From the NCBI GenBank assembly GCA_976226885.1, contig OZ320313.1:79546001-79610000 (forward strand): a DNA stretch of 64,000 nucleotides, read 5' to 3'. Both the position numbers and the translations under genes were made by a program. Shown here in pieces: positions 61,413 to 64,000 of this stretch. The notes beneath the pieces are model-generated. The model had not been told where the DNA came from. It made no database searches and was given only the letters and a program-made list of their open reading frames with translations. How positions within the stretch are numbered: the stretch's first letter is position 1; each line of letters starts with the position of its first letter. Origin of the DNA: Iphione sp. A-MEVVRFRX5 (Eukaryota).

Positions 61413-62561
61413 CTGGTTTCGGTTAAGGACTGTTTCACAACCAACACACTTCAGAATATATACAGGGAGTCCATCCTCTTTACAAATTAGCATACTATAA
61501 GGCTGCGTTTCCATGCACATGCATAGGCATGGAGCATGTGGCTGTGTTTCTGATGTAAAAAATGGGCAGATAGAGTAGCAGAAGGACTCTTTTCATACAT
61601 GTGTGTGCCAAGTAACACATAATGTGTCCGCATGTACCGTGTTTAAAAAATGGAACATCACATTCTGCCATGAAGGTGAGGCATGTTTGGCATATGTTTT
61701 TGGGAAAAAAATCGTTGTTAACAGATGTGTAAAATGAAAAACATGGTAAATACATGTGTCATGGCATGTATACAGCAGTTATCAGATTAACATAGGATTA
61801 AGGGAAACACACAAACCAACACATCTACAAGGGGGTATGCGCACATGGACACCCAGCCTTAAGATGCAAATGCTGTATAAGTGCTGAGTATGAGAAACTT
61901 TCATAAGCAGATCCAATGTTTGAGTGATATTAGGAACACGAGGGAGAATGAACCTTTTCATGATCTATCGTCTCTATCATGTGAAGCGTTGACTGTACTG
62001 TCGAAAACATCTACAGTATTTCGTTGTCCTGGTATATTAAACGGCATATTCTCCTAACGCAGTACATTATAAGTATTGCACAAACACAATGTCACTTTGA
62101 TATTACAAACATTGTTGCCAGGGATACACTTGTATATACTTGTACCTATAGATTAGGTTTAATTATGGAGTGTACATAAGTATGGAGGTGTTGGGGCCTT
62201 ATTAGTCAAGTAAAGCTTTGTGTCCATGCTCATATTTTCCTGCCCCTCTCAATAAGGTTACTGTGCTACCACTGCAAGCAATGACGACCTTATTAAAGGA
62301 TGTGCAATTGCAATTACATGTACCACCACAATTATATGAGGTATTCATACATTTCATCTTACAGAATCAAGGAACTGCTAAAGCGTTGAACTAACACTGA
62401 TACACATATAAGTGATGTCGGAGCAAGAGGAGTGGGAAAGTCAAGTTCATTAGAGAGAAGCTTTTTCTCAGATGTTTCAGTAAGAGTTAAACACCTGTAT
62501 ATGCGCCATAGGTCATTGCTACATCAATGATAGGACCAATGCGGAATAATGCCAAGGATAC
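61413..62561 (-). other. U12-type (minor spliceosome) GT-AG intron of the MORC gene
   Basis: 5' splice site GTATCCTT (62561-62554), branch point TCCTTAAC (61429-61422) about 9 nt from the terminal AG, no polypyrimidine tract. Confidence 0.92.
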
Positions 62562-62779
62562 ATGATCGTCGTTCCCAGGTGACGATCGGTACAAGCACAG
62601 TGTCGGAGTTGATGGACTCCAGGAAGGTTTGTGACAAGAAGCCCAGACTGAGCGAGCGGCCGTGCTTTGTGAACACCATGGCGTCTCGCCCGAGCCTCAT
62701 CGTACCTGACTTGAAGCCGTTGCCGTAGTGACCTATGGGTTTGTGGCCTTTGATGTCGAACTTGCCACAGTATCCAAAA
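62562..62779 (-). CDS. MORC3: MORC3/4-like GHKL ATPase exon (FGY...IGHYGNGFKSGTMRLGRDAMVFTK...FLSQTFL...VLVPIVTW)
   Basis: Contains the GHKL motif YGNGFKSG(S/T)MRLG. Acceptor CCCCCCTTCAG|, 218 bp, phase 2 to 1. Upstream exons (N-terminal about 80 aa) were not found and are presumed beyond the window. Confidence 0.96.
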
Positions 62780-64000
62780 CTGAAGGGGGGGAAAACAACA
62801 AAGTGTCAATAGTTGCCATCTTAACTTTTGGAGAGGCAAAACATAAACGGGCGAGTAGAGTTGTGGGTGTGAAAGTGTCATGTACACTGCATAGGAAAGG
62901 GACAAAGGAGGTATAAGCAATCAGATTTGAAAGTCTAATTTGTCCCGACAAAAGTTACCAGAATTTGCCCTAATTCGAAGGAGTTCACCACCCCAATAAA
63001 AAACGACCCCCCCCCCACCTCTTCTTAATAACTGTATTCACAACTTTCACATGTATACCGCATAAACACACGTTTGTATATAGAAACGATATACACATAG
63101 ACCGCTATTTACATATCCGCCATCAGGAGACCCTCAACAGATATGAATATAAGCACACACGTAGCAACTAAGGTGATTTATAGGGATAATTCACAGACCA
63201 ATTCTTTGTAGGTTTTATCATAAAAGGACTGCGTCATCTCTTGACAACATATACTGATCCAAGGATCAAGTCGGGAGGTTATAAAAGAGTCAATACCTGA
63301 AATGGACTTACTTTAATGAATAATAACATTTCACAAGACTAGACTACGATAAATAGAGTTCCATTTTTCTGGGATATGCTAAGTTGTGCCAGCCCACCAC
63401 TGAGACTGATTATAATCTGACAAGTCCCAAGAGGAGGAATGCGTCATAGATGCAGGGACTAAGTATGGCAGTAGGATTTTTGTGCAAATTTCTTGAAAAA
63501 GAGCTGTAATTGTGTAAATTGCATGTTTTTTTTGTGCAAATGTCTTGAAACTGAGCCATATCTCTATGGGGTGTCATGGCGGGGGGGGGGGGGGGCGTCA
63601 TACTCACAATATATCCCAAACAAAGTGAATAGGACATCAAGGCTACAAGATCATTGACTTTTGAGTAACCGATATATGGGCGGTATGAGAATGAAAATAA
63701 ACATTGACCGGGATACTTCACACCTCTTACCACACACAAAAAACGTGTTGTAAGATTGAAATATTTCTATTAAAGATGAGATGTAGGATCAAATATACAT
63801 AATGTAAAGAACTGATGCTGATACAAGCAGCACATCCTCCACATCCAGCTGTAAATTGTGCAGCCTGTTTTAAATGTGTATCCTGTTTTGAACATGTAAC
63901 ACTAATGACATTTGGTCGTTCGGAGAAAAATGTCATCGATACAGGCTCATTCACTGATGAAGCAACAGTTTCTAGCATGTCTCCGAACACTTATTAATAT

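Noticed and set aside
62780-64000. Search for MORC N-terminal exons (HTW.FSA, DNG.GM)
   Set aside because: No matching sequence found; donor-like GTGAGT near 63607 has no MORC-like upstream frame.

Overview
Eukaryotic (invertebrate animal-type) genomic DNA with spliceosomal genes, microsatellites and two N-gaps. Left to right: the last coding exon of parkin (+, 4-107); a decayed, near full-length CR1/L2-group LINE (+, about 2.3-7.76 kb); and a MORC3/4-like gene on the minus strand. I could join 13 phase-compatible MORC exons by hand (62779 down to the stop at 10823), encoding most of the GHKL ATPase, the S5 fold, a CW zinc finger, a coiled coil and a long acidic SIM-rich tail; the first exons lie beyond the right edge. 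The MORC gene has a U12-type (minor spliceosome) intron (61413-62561) and one 41.6-kb intron (19647-61264). That intron hosts, on the opposite strand, an intronless class A GPCR with a non-canonical TM3 motif (58244-59548) and an apparently intact Ngaro-type tyrosine-recombinase retrotransposon (35729-40685) with near-identical split direct repeats. The most interesting signal is this element's apparent expression programme: an in-frame A_AAA_AAC slippery site plus H-type pseudoknot (-1 frameshift for Gag-Pol), and an ATG-less recombinase ORF preceded by a splice acceptor in phase with strong donors in gag. All exon calls, family names and structures come from manual reading; no database search or folding program was run.
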